Below, piece by piece: positions 37,142 to 49,110 of a stretch of DNA of 64,000 nucleotides. Numbering within the stretch: the first letter of the stretch is position 1; the number at the start of each line of letters is the position of its first letter. A model generated the notes under the pieces. It was not told the DNA's origin and did not search any database. It saw only the letters and a list, made by a program, of their open reading frames with translations. This stretch comes from Tubulanus polymorphus (Eukaryota > Animalia > Nemertea). Location: NCBI RefSeq assembly GCF_964204645.1, contig NC_134027.1, positions 27,428,560 to 27,492,559 of the forward strand, read 5' to 3'. Both the position numbers and the translations under genes were made by a program.

Positions 37142-39063
37142 TCATGTAACGGAACGATCAGACGGAAGACTGTAATTATGAAGAGATTCGATATCTGCCT
37201 GAACCTCGGGATCTCTGTGTAATTCATCGATCTCTTCAGGTTGAACTCTATGATTATCAGATCGTAGCGATCGAGCCGATTTATTACTCTTCACTGATTT
37301 CGTGCTATTCGCTCGCGTTGAATTTCGATGCATGATGTTTTGACTGATTGTTTTATGAAGGTTTTTATTACTAGACGCAGCTGCGTGCGTCACAATCCAC
37401 GGGTGACAGATGCATTGATCGGCCGTTAATCTCTCGTTCGGATCCAACACTAACAAACGATCGATGAAATCCTTCGCTAGATTTGATACATCTTTCCAAT
37501 GCTACAAAACAAAATGAATACAGCATTAATTAATGAAAACATAATTACACATATTTACGGAAGACTCAGCTCAAATTGGATTATTTTGGGAACTGTAAAA
37601 TGTGTCTGACTTGAGTAATATCTGAGTTGGATATCAGGATAAACATTATTTCATGCCAAGTATAAGAAAACAATTTGAATCATTAGAAACTGCAAACGAT
37701 GAACTATAATATAGCCAAGTGTGATCTAGTGAAAACTACTGCGATCTAGTGGAAAAGACTAGTGTGATCCTAGTGAAAATACAAGTAAAACTAGTCTTAA
37801 TGAATTTTTGGTTTTTAACTAACAGATTTTCAGATTCCCAGAAGCTGCCAACAACAAGGTTGAACTATAGTTCCAGGGGTCGGCTTATTAAGACCAGTCT
37901 AAGACCAACTTAGTTCTATAGCCAATCTAACAACTTAGGACTAATCTTAAGATTTAAGACTGCGTAACTGGCCCCTGGTAATGAGATCGTAAGATTCAAA
38001 AGCAATTTTGTGATTTTGAGATGGACTTTGTAAATGTCAGCAGTAGCACAGCGCAGGGGGAAGGGGGAAGGGTGATACTAACCTCTCCGCTGTAAGAATA
38101 TTTCGCTTTCAGAATCAGTCGATATAATCTGGGACGACTTTCATCATCAAACGGCATCGTTCCACTCATCAGTATAAAACTAATAACACCGATCCCCCAT
38201 AGATCTATTAAACATGTGTAGGGTTTCCTCGCGAGGATCTCCGGCGCGATATACTCCGGAGTTCCGCACGTTGTTGTCATAAACGGATCTCCGTTCTTAC
38301 GAGTACAACTCAATCCGAAATCCGTGATCAGAATCTTAGAATCGTTACCGGGGTGATAGTATAATAGATTCTCGGGTTTGAGGTCGCGGTGAGTGATACC
38401 GAGCGAGTGTAAATATCGGATACCCTCGAGGACCATGTGTAGGACTCGCGTAGCGTCGCGTTCGGTAAAACTACCCTTAGCGATAACGCGATCAAACAGT
38501 TCACCACCGGTCGCTAGTTCCATCACCATGTAAACTTTATCCTTCGAGTCAAATACCTCGACGAGTTGAATTATAAACTCGTGTCGAACTCGTCTCAACA
38601 CGGAAACCTCCGATTCGTACAACTCGCGACCTTGAATTCGATCAATCATTTTAATCGCGTACGGTTGCCGAGTGATTTTATGTTCGACCCTGACGACGCG
38701 ACTGAAACTGCCTCGACCAATTAACGCTTTAATCTCGTATTTAGCCGTCACTCTAGGGTCAAATTTAGCTCGATATTTCGCGACGCGTTTATTCGGACCG
38801 ATCTGCGCCTCCTCGTGACCTTCAGCCAGTTTCGGCGCTTGCATCGTCTTGGCGAAGGGTTTCGGTTGTTTTTGAGGTTTTATCGATTGTTGCGTAGTTT
38901 TTCTCTGAGTTGTATTCGGACGGTGGTGGTATTTTTTCTTCAGATCGTCGTAATCGTCCTCGACGGGACCGGTTTGATATTGATACGCGACTGTTTTAAC
39001 GAGCTGATGCTGGTTAAAACTGGACGGTAATTCAGGCACTAGTTTAGTATTTATACAACCCAT
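37142..39063 (-). CDS. PSKH1: Serine/threonine-protein kinase H1 (CAMK group), 2 coding exons, ~446 aa
   Basis: Exons 39063-38083 and 37501-37142. MGC N-terminus (acylation motif), RVAKYRAKFDPRVTAKYEIKALIGRGSFSRVVRVEH, HRDLKPENLLYYHPG, DFG, CGTPEYIAPE, YSGE|HWKDVSNLAKDFIDRLL and KNLHKTISQN all fit PSKH1. Confidence 0.96.
37877..37974. mobile_element. Truncated family A MITE in the PSKH1 intron
   Basis: agaccagtctaagaccaacttagttctatagccaatctaacaact...aactggccc. Confidence 0.7.
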
Positions 39064-39772
39064 TATAAACCACTGATCGTCAATCCATTTTAATCCGTTT
39101 TAAACTAGAACAAAATGTCTCCATTTTTTCCATGAATGTCTGTGTCGTTGTTTTGACAAGTTTCTCGAGTAATCGAGGTATGAACCGCAGAGACTTTCAC
39201 TCCCGCAATAAAACTAATTGAATTTAATTGATCGAGACACATTTCAATTCAATTTACAGTTTATTGATACGAGAAATAAATACTGACCGAGGAAACTTAA
39301 AAACAAATTTGATTCTCTTTTCATGGCGGCCCCGCACACAACTTCAGTTACCGCTAGCATCCTGAGTACTTTAGATAAATGTCGTCGATCCTAACGTATG
39401 CCAAGTTCGAGCACTCTCGAAGTCCGCCATTGAGAACAAAGAGTAGGCCATTAATAAGTTGAGTTAAAAGATAATTAATAGGAATGAAAATATTAATACA
39501 TTTATTGCACATAATCAACAGAATGTTAGCGAAACAAGAGCGAATACAATATTCATTCAATATAGTGAATCAGGAACAGTAAAGGAACTATTGCACAAAC
39601 ATTGGTCTGGTGCATTATTATTTTACTCTGATAAATCTATGTGTAACATTAAGTACAAGTTTTCATTTATCACATTAATTTTACATTAAATAAATAACAT
39701 GAAATTAGACACATTTAATTTACATCCAAACAATCTCTATTTCTATCAATAGTTTCACGAATTCATCAAATG

Positions 39773-41682
39773 TCACTTTTTCACTTTTGCTAATTTATCC
39801 TCCTTGTCTTTAGCCATTTGACTTTCAAATAAATCCAGTAAGCGTTTAATCTCTTTACTGTTGAATAGATGGTTAAAGGAAAACAATATAGAATCAACTG
39901 GACCCATCAGATACAACAGACTCTCTACGCTTCACTGATCTACAGTAGACTGACTGATCTACAGTAGACTGACTGATCTACAGTAGACTACTTGCCTCTG
40001 ATTTTATGGGCCCAAGACAACAAGTGATTATCCAGGATAGTCAGGGCGACACTGGGTCTCATATGAATTGCGTTGGAAACCCTTTAAGATTTTATCCGGA
40101 GCACACAACTATTTGAGGCAATCAAGTGCACATTTAAAGGATACATTTGTTCAGCAACTTTATAAACAGGTTGCATAACTTTAGACATTTCTTCACATTT
40201 CGCCATTAATGCATACATTGACTGGAATTAAAATCAATTAAACATAAATGATACTACTAGACAATTTATTTGGAACCTGACCCCTTCTGACCTTAATGAA
40301 CTCAACCCCCCTTCTGACCTTGATGAACTCAACCCCCCTTCTGACCTTATAATCCCTGCTTACCTTAATGCAAGTATCAACACTTTCACATGTATTATCG
40401 ACACCATTAGAATAAGCGTCTCCGCATGAGATCGTAATTGCTGACATCTGCAGAGAAAACATCAATTAAATTTCAAGTAAAAACAGTTAAACGCGCTTTA
40501 AATCTTCATCAGATAAGTCATCACATAATACTGAAGTACTATTCATTATATGAGCCAAATTTGTAATAAACCTTTGGACAACTGAAAAACTATTTGGAAA
40601 GATTTGGGACCAGTGAATTTTGTTTGAGTTAAACTGATAATGAAAGCATTCCAGTTTTCAAGGAGTCAAATATATTTTCAATTCAAGTGACTAAATGTAT
40701 GTAATGAACATCCTGACTATGATGACTTAAAGCAGCGAATTCCACTGAATTTCTGATCTGACCGCAAACAAACCTTGTGCAACGTCGCTTTTAAATTACC
40801 CATCATAAGGTCAAGGTTATCGGCGACGCGTTTAGCGTGAGTTTCGATGTCTTTCAAAGCGTGCGGGTCGATCGGCGGGATTTCATCGGGACTCGGATGT
40901 AACGGAAGACTAGACGATCGCGACATACCGGATACAGACGTGCTACAATACGACGAACTAGAGATACTATTCACGCTACTGATACTACGGATACTGTTAG
41001 TTCTACTACTACGAGATAGAGGGCTACTCATACGTATCATCTCATTTAAATCTTCCGCAACAAACGACATCATTTTTCCATCTTTCAACAATACACCCTG
41101 TTCGTGAAGAGGTATCTCGGTAACGGCTTGAATCACCGATTCTAAACGCTCTAATGAAACTGACGGTGATTCGACCTCTAATTCCTCAAACGACGACGAG
41201 TCCGATGCTGAATGTTGTAGCGGTGTCGGTAATGTTAAACTCTCCGGTCTCAGCACACCTGCAGCTGCTGCACCTGCACCTGCTGCAGCTGTTAAGTCTA
41301 TTATTTCCTCGTTACAGCTTGTATTGATATTCAATGATGAATTATTATTTGAAGGAATCTCCTCTGTTTTATTATTATCACTGTTATCAATCATTGATGG
41401 ATCATTGTTTATATTATTATCACATGTTTTAATGTTTGATTCCGAAGTTTCATTATTTACTGCGCCAAGCTTTGATTCCTCAATATCAAAACCCATCTTG
41501 GGTTTCTCCAGGCCCGGTTCCTCCAGGTCATTCAGCTGGGATTCCTCCAGACGCAACTGGGGTTCCTCTGGACGCAACTGCGGTTCCTCCAGATCCTGTT
41601 GCTGGGGTTCCTCCAGATCCTGTTGCTTGGGTTCCTCCGGACCCTGCTGCAGGGTTTTACTTTTCACCGGATCTGATGACAT
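39773..41682 (-). CDS. BORCS6: BLOC-1-related complex subunit 6 (lyspersin/C17orf59-like), 4 coding exons
   Basis: Exons 41682-40774, 40447-40364, 40221-40145, 39857-39773. Motifs MMSFVAEDLNEMIRMSSP and IPPIDPHALKDIETHAKRVADNLD..LHK|MSAIT..CESVDTCIK|SMYALMAKCEEMSKVMQPVYKVAEQI KEIKRLLDLFESQ fit the BORCS6 C-terminal domain; acidic repetitive N-terminus. Confidence 0.9.
39858..40144 (-). other. U12-type (minor spliceosome) GT-AG intron
   Basis: On the minus strand, the 5' splice site is GTATCCTTT. A branch-like TTTTCCTTTAAC lies about a dozen nt upstream of the terminal CAG, with no polypyrimidine tract. Confidence 0.88.
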
Positions 41683-42983
41683 TTTCTGAACAAGTTGTTT
41701 TGATTGTTTAACAATCACGACTCAGTTACAGTAGAGGTCCACTGTTCACTTGCTTCAGATTAAGTCACACATATCTACTGCATTGTTCACTGGTGCTTTG
41801 AGCGGTGCTTGTAGGTAGTATTGTAACTGGTGGTGGCGCTAGTAGTAGTGGTGGCGCAGTCCAGAGAAAGGTATGTGTCTATTTTCACTTCCTCTCACAT
41901 TTCACACACTACAGCTTTATTGTCGATATTTTTCCAAACACTTTCTGCTTACATAACAACTCTATTCTCTTTGCCACTGATCATTCCATCCTTTTTTGAA
42001 GCTAAAACGACTTTTTCCGTCATTTAAAACTGTTTTTTTATAAGCGAAAAATAAAAATTATCTACTTCCTGGTGGCTCCACATCGATGAGCTTGATTATG
42101 GTTGCGTCACCGAATTATTAATACAGTGACCTTGAGTTGCATCGCAAAGCTCAAAATAGCCGTAGAAAATCTAAACTTCTTCACCGAATTTCAAAACCAT
42201 TTAGTAATCTCGATCATTTGTACAATATAATCTAATCCCAAACGTAAATTTCCTTCATTAAGAATTACATAGTTTATGATTTTGGTGGAAATAGTTTGGA
42301 AATATATGAAATATATATTTGCGTTTGGTCGATTACCACAGTAAGCAAAATACAAATAATGGGTGACTCCTAACTCCATGAGCGGTTGGAACCGTTCTCT
42401 CGACGCTATTCCTCGAAGATACTCTTATCAGTTTTCATTAGATTGTGGATCTTCTTCATTCAAAGATAGATAATGATTTGTACCTTGGAGAACACTAAAC
42501 CACAGTAGTTTTTCTAGAGTACTGTTTATTTATTTCCGGATAAATGAACTTGTCGGATTACAGAGCACATATATGCACTGGTAGCATAATCATATATTTA
42601 AGAATTAATCAAGCGTCTGAATTAAAGATGCATAGTCTCGTGCTAAGCTGTATATAAAGTAGGGATCTTTCTGTGAACATAGTTTGTTCCCACGCGATCC
42701 GAAATCAAAGTTTGATGCGCATATGGCAGAATATAATACGTTACAAGACTGGCGTAGCAAATTAATGTCACCTCGCTCCATCCACCCGCTAATCTTTGCA
42801 AAGTGTTATATTACGAAGAAATTAGCTAATCTAATTGAAGTGATTCGATTAGGAGAAAGGCCTGTGGCCTAACAGTTCCTGATATGATAGGTTGGAATCT
42901 AAAAGAGTGCGGTGCGATCTCCTTGATGTGGAAATCTGTCTCTGGATACATTAAATAATATTGTCGGGAATTTATTTGTAACT

Positions 42984-44395
42984 TCAATTTCGCTTCGCAT
43001 TTTCTTCTAATTGATAGATAAAATCTTGAGTATTCGCAGCATCGGAATACGAACTGCGAATCGATGTCGGGTCATTTGTTCTGACAGCTTTCAGAAAAGT
43101 TTCCAGTTCTGTTTTATACATGTCATCTTCACCATACGTATCATAAGTGTAATATTTATCGATATCTGGAGTCGCGTCGGCGAGGGTTCGAACCCTTAAT
43201 TTACAGGCTTGTTCACCGAACGGATCAATTAATGATAAACTGAGACCGTCGAGTTGTACGTCTATACCGCACTCATACCGGGTCCCGGGGAGACAGACGG
43301 TATGGATGAAAGTTCCGATACCCGCTTCAATGAACCGCCATTGCGCGACTGTAACACGCGCTACCCGCCGCTCTTCGCATTCCTGGGTATTCTCATCCTC
43401 TAGACCCTCGGGAAGATGAGCCAGTTTCCCGGCTGCATCCGTATCTTTAAGCATCATACACTGGACCGAGGATAAATCAATTTCGCAGTCGGTTATATAA
43501 CGCGTAAGATCGCAGAAATGTGATACATGTTCAGCGATAGTTGATCCAAAAACACGGTTATGGTTAAACCAGAATCGCCCGGCCATCTCGGTGTAGGCGC
43601 AATAAAACTTCACACTGACCGCCATCACTTTACCGCCATGTTCTTTAATCAACTCCTTCATCTTTTCAACCGCTGAATGGTACCTATAATTATACCAAAA
43701 AAGATGATTCGGCGATCTTCAGAATTATTTCAACTGTTACTTATCATCATTTATTTATCATTACATTATCGATTGTTATTTATCTCTTATCATTACTATA
43801 AGAAATGATATAATTACTTTAAAATATTATTATTTCAATAGTTTTTTTCATCAATTTCTCATTTCTATTTCCCATGTATTTTGTGTAACCCTTATTTAAT
43901 TGAAGACAAAATGATTATTATAATGAGTAATCACCGAAACATGAATCCTACTGAGATGATCACGTGACGTTTTTCAGCTTCAGACACCAATGTTTCACGA
44001 TATCGTTCAAACTGTTCTCTCGGTGAAATAGATAACGGTTTTTCAACTAGTAAATGAATTCCAGCTTTAACGAACTGAAGTTCTACATCTTTACCGTCTT
44101 CAAGCGAACCGCGTACTCCGGATGGAATTCCGATTATAGCGATATCCGGACTCAAAGCTATCAATTGCTTAAAATCGGCGAAAACTTGACAATCTTTGTA
44201 GATATGACCGAATTTTGGTGAAGTGCGTCTCGATTCTAAAACTTTTTCAGCTTTCTCGATATCGATATCAACGATACCTATAATACTGATACCGCCCAAT
44301 TTCTCCAGTTTATTCACGTGACCCCATAGTTTATAAGGATACCCGAAATTGATGCCCCCAGCTCCGACTATGCCAACTCTCAGAACAGAAACCAT
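42984..44395 (-). CDS. Gfo/Idh/MocA-family NAD(P)-dependent oxidoreductase, copy 1 (2 coding exons)
   Basis: Exons 44395-43935 and 43683-42984 join as VGFMFR|YHSAVEK. Rossmann motif VGIVGAGGINFG, HLLVEKPLS and AEHVSHFCDLTRY. Confidence 0.9.
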
Positions 44396-44689
44396 TTTTC
44401 TATGATATTATAAGTCACCGCGCCGTATTCACTGGGAGTATAAGGTATTGTGTCTCGCCAGAAACGAATGAACAAAGAATCAGATAAAGATATATTTTAC
44501 CGATTAAATACTGTGCAAAATACTAAAGTTCAACCGCCCTGATAGGAAAATCACCTGACTATCTGTCTAGACAAGCTGGGAATTAGGTCACAAAAAATCA
44601 ATCTTATTCAGAAACGACCACAAGATTTATTACGAATTGATTTCTGTTGAACGTGTTTCAGTATCTGTTCAAATGTATGTAATGCATTT

Positions 44690-44792
44690 ACTTCACGAGG
44701 CTTGAGTTCCTCAATATCTGCATTCAACTGGGGTTCATCCAGATCCAACTGGGGTTCATCCAGACCCAATTGGAGTTCATCCAGATCCAATT
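44690..44792 (-). pseudogene. Relic of BORCS6 exon 1 repeat region
   Basis: Translates LDEPQLDLDEPQLNADIEELKPREVN vs BORCS6 DLEEPQL...FDIEESKLGAVN; clear DNA similarity to 41455-41630. Confidence 0.65.
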
Positions 44793-44923
44793 ATCGGTCG
44801 AGTTCATTCAGATCCTACTGATCTAAACTATAATGAATCTAAAAGAGTGCGGTGCGATCTCCTTGATGTAGAAATCTGTCTCTGGATACATTAAATAATA
44901 TTGTCGGGAATTTATTTGTAACT

Positions 44924-46463
44924 TCAATTTCGCTTCGCATTTTCTTCTAATTTATAGATAAAATCTTGAGTATTCGCAGCATCGGAATACGAACTGCGAA
45001 TCGATGTCGGGTCATTTGTTCTGACAGCTTTCAGAAAAGTTTCCAGTTCTGTTTTATACATGTCATCTTCACCATACGTATCATAAGTGTAATATTCATC
45101 GACATCTGGAGTCGCGTCGGCGAGGGTTCGAACCCTTAATTTACAGGCTTGTTCACCGAACGGATCAATTAATGAAAAACTGAGACCGTCGAGATGTACG
45201 TCTATACCGCTTTCATACCGGGTTCCGGGAAGACAGACGGTATGGATGAAAGTTCCGATACCCGCTTCAATGAACCGCCATTGCGCGACTGTAACACGCG
45301 CTACCCGCCGCTCTTCGCATTCCTGGGTATTCTCATCCTCTAGACCCTCGGGAAGATGCGCCAGTTTCCCGGCTGCATCCGGAACTTTAAGCATCATACA
45401 CTGGACCGAAGATAAATCAATTTCGCAGTCGGTTATATAACGCGTAAGATCGCAGAAATGTGATACATGTTCAGCGATAACTGATCCAAAAACACGGTTA
45501 TTGTTAAACCAGAATCGATCAGCTGTCCCGGTGTAGGCGCAATAAAACTTCACACTGACCGCCATCACTTTTCCGCCATGTTCTTTAATCAACTCCTTCA
45601 TCTTTTCAACCGCTGAATGGTACCTATAATTATACAAAAAGATTATGCACTCACAAAATGATTCGGCGATCTTCAGAATTACATTTCAGAATGAGTTTGA
45701 ATCAAACATTATTTTCAGTATTAAGTATTGCCAATTTCAACTGTTACTTATCATCATTTATTTATCATTACATAATCGATTGTTATTTATTATCTCTTAT
45801 CATTACTATAAGATATAATCAATTCAAAATATTATTATTTCAATAGTTTTTTCACGAGAGACCTGAACGCGGGTCAATAGTGATTTTACATACAACCTTT
45901 ATGGATCTGCTCCTATCATCAATTTCTCATTTCTATTTCCCATGTATTTTGTGTAACCCTTATTTAATTGAAGACAAAATGATTATTATAATGAGTAATC
46001 ACCGAAACATGAATCCTACTGAGATGATCACGTGACGTTTTTCAGCTTCAGACACCAATGTTTCACGATATCGTTCAAATTGTTCTCTCGGTGAAATAGA
46101 TAACGGTTTTTCAACTAGTAAATGAATTCCAGCTTTAACGAACTGAAGTTCTACATCTTTACCGTCTTCAAGCGAACCGCGTACTCCGGGTGGAATTCCG
46201 ATTATAGCGATATCCGGACTCAAAGCTATCAATTGCTTAAAATCGGCGAAAACTTGACAATCTTTGTAGATATGACCGAATTTTGGCGAAGAACGTCTCG
46301 ACTTTAAAATGTTTTCAGCTTTCTCGATATCGATATCAACGATACTTACGATACTGATACCGCCTAATTTCTCCAGTTTATTCACGTGACCCCATAGTTT
46401 ATCAGGGTACCCGAAATTAACGGCGCCAGCTCCGACTATGCCAACTTTCAGAACAGAAACCAT
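44924..46463 (-). CDS. Gfo/Idh/MocA-family NAD(P)-dependent oxidoreductase, copy 2 (2 coding exons)
   Basis: Exons 46463-46003 and 45623-44924; near-identical tandem paralogue of copy 1 with the same intron position. Confidence 0.9.
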
Positions 46464-46732
46464 TTTTTCTATGATATATTATGACAGTTAGTCTTAGGTA
46501 TTACGTGTCACCGCAGAAACGAATCGTGGAAGAATCAGATGAAAATATATTTTACCGATTAATATACTGTTCAAAGTATAAAAGTTCACCGGAGCTCTGG
46601 TGGGAAAATCACCTGACTGTCTAGACAAGCTGGGAATTAGGTTACATTAATTTGATCTTATTCATAAACGACCACAAGATTTATTACGAATTGATTTCTG
46701 TGAACGTGTTTCAGTATCTTTTCAAATGTTAT

Positions 46733-46950
46733 GCATTTACTTCACGAGGCTTTAGTTCCTCAATATCCGCATCCAATTGGAGTTCATCCAGATCCAACTG
46801 GGGTTCATCCAGATCCATCTGGGGTTCACCCAGATCCAACTGGGGTTCATCCAGATCCAACTGGGGTTCACCCAGATCCAACTGGGGTTCATCCAGATCC
46901 AACTGGGGTTCATCCCAAATTATTTTTCACGTTTGTCTGTAGCCATCAAT
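46733..46950 (-). pseudogene. Relic of BORCS6 exon 1 with an expanded 21-bp repeat
   Basis: About 7 copies of ccaactggggttcatccagat plus atttacttcacgaggctttagttcctcaatatc, similar to BORCS6 atttactgcgccaagctttgattcctcaatatc. Confidence 0.65.
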
Positions 46951-47959
46951 TGTGATTTTTAACGTCAGTTAATAGTTTGCATTTGACGGTCAATGTGACG
47001 CGCTGTGGCCTGCATCTGTAGAGTTGAGAACGAGAATGAGTTGGGTTTAAAGGATCGATGATGGACGGAAATTACAGAACTTTTGATAAAATAACTATGC
47101 AATGAGGGTTGAGGATCGTATTGTCAATTTTCTATTTTTGCAACTCTTTCTCCAAAAACTACGACTCAATTTGTGGCGAATATTTTTCCAACTCCATATT
47201 TGATCAACTCAGTAAGAGATAAAATAGTGTTGCAAGATCCACCAGTTCCACCACATTTCTGAGTTAAATTTGACTCAGTGATAAAACAGCGAAAACGAAC
47301 GAGATTCTAACTCTGAGTTAACTGTGGACCTGGCGATAAAAGCGAAGTTTTCTGGGTTCAATTTCTGTTTCACATATCGCCGCAGAAGTTGCACGCAGCT
47401 GCGGTAAGCGAGCACGCGACTCGTGGTCGCTACTCTCTCTCTCTCTCTCTCCTCTTGACTCTCGCATTAACTGATCATCCAACAAACAGCTCACAACCAT
47501 GCAGTCAATACCAACTTCAGTATTCATCCAATTTGGAATTTATCTATCCGCCATCAGTAAGTAAACAATTTACGATTTGAATTGATGATTGATTAGTTTA
47601 TAGCGTTATCTATTTTTTAGATAAAAACAGACTTAATCGAACTTTACGTTACTTTTTTAAGTTCGGAAAAAAGTCAATGGTGCAAACAGAATTGTGTAAC
47701 GTGTTTGTAGTTTGTTCTGAAGAAAATGATATACGGTATAAATCTTAAAATGATCTGCGCAACTTTTGACAATTGAATAATTCACAATAATTCAATGTAT
47801 ACACGTATTAGATACATGTGTTTTTACATCATATCAATAATCTCCCAACACGGCAGGGAGACGCGACTTTTATTCACTCATTACATTGCATCATCATCAA
47901 ATAACTCTGAAATTATCGTGTCCCATATATGATATGATATGACTTGATATATATTACTG

Positions 47960-48277
47960 GCATCAGACATAACAGCGCGTCATACTGGCTTCAGACAGCG
48001 CGTCATACTGGCCTCAGACAGCGCGTCATACTGGCCTCAGACATCATAGCGCGTCATACTGGCCTCAGCATCATAGCGCGTCATTCTGGCCGCAGACATC
48101 ATAGCGCGTCATACTGGCCTCAGACAGCGCGACATACCGGCCTCAGACATTACAGCGCGTTATTCTGGCTCCAGACATCACAGCGCGTCATTCTGGCCGT
48201 AGACATAACAGCGCGTCATACTGGCCTCAGCGCACCATACTGGCCTCAGACATCACAGCGCGTCATACTGGCCTCAC
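47960..48277. repeat. ~21-27 bp minisatellite
   Basis: Unit cagcgcgtcatactggcctcagacat(ca). Confidence 0.9.
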
Positions 48278-48864
48278 CTCACGTCCGATAAGCGCAAACG
48301 GCGAAGTAAAGACAGCTGAGACTGACGTCCATTATGATGTATGTGGTGAACGAGATAGATAATGCATGTTGTTATTATTCGTATATTTGTGGTCACGTTT
48401 AGTTGACAAGTGTTACATTAATATTTATGTGACGTCATAAAGTCTCATAAATTGTGTCAAATACAGGAATATAAGATACCACCACCACCACTACCGTGTT
48501 CACAGCAGTATCACTGTATAATATCTCACTAATCCAGACTTATTATCCGGGTTTAATCGCCCTGTTTATCTATATTTCTTGTTTTCACCTTCACACGAAG
48601 ACAATGAAGAGTTGACTTCACTCATTTACCCGATGAAGCTAATCTATTCAGAAAGCTCGTAATTTCTAATAGAATCGCAGTATACTGTGTACTCTCAACT
48701 CTCTTCGAGTTTTAGATGAAGGACATTGAAAAACTGCTTCTGCTTGGAAAACAATCGAATAAGAATTGAATAACAACCATTGATATGAAACATTCAGTTT
48801 GTCGCGTGTTCTGTTGTGACGATTTATTCAGGGTACATATTTTATGGTTTTGTTATTTCCTCAT

Positions 48865-49110
48865 TATTCCTGAGGTTATCTATAAGAATAAAGTCGAAAC
48901 GTTGAATTTACTACACTAATAGCTAAAAGAAACATTTCAGGCTTTTTCATTCAGGATTTTATATTATCTTTACAACGCGCGCTCAAAGTGTTCATCAATG
49001 GTTATCTGAGTATTCCTGAAGATGACTATTAGGATATGTATACTCGAAATACTAGCTCAACCGAGGCAACATTCCGGACTATTTTTTCATGCTTTATGTT
49101 TGGGATTCTA
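48865..49110 (+). mobile_element. Degenerate tandem copies of the hammerhead-bearing (Penelope/retrozyme-like) repeat
   Basis: tattcctgagg...agtcgaaacgttgaat at 48865 and tattcctgaagatgactattaggatat at 49011; the spacer is homologous to 60890-61010. Confidence 0.7.
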
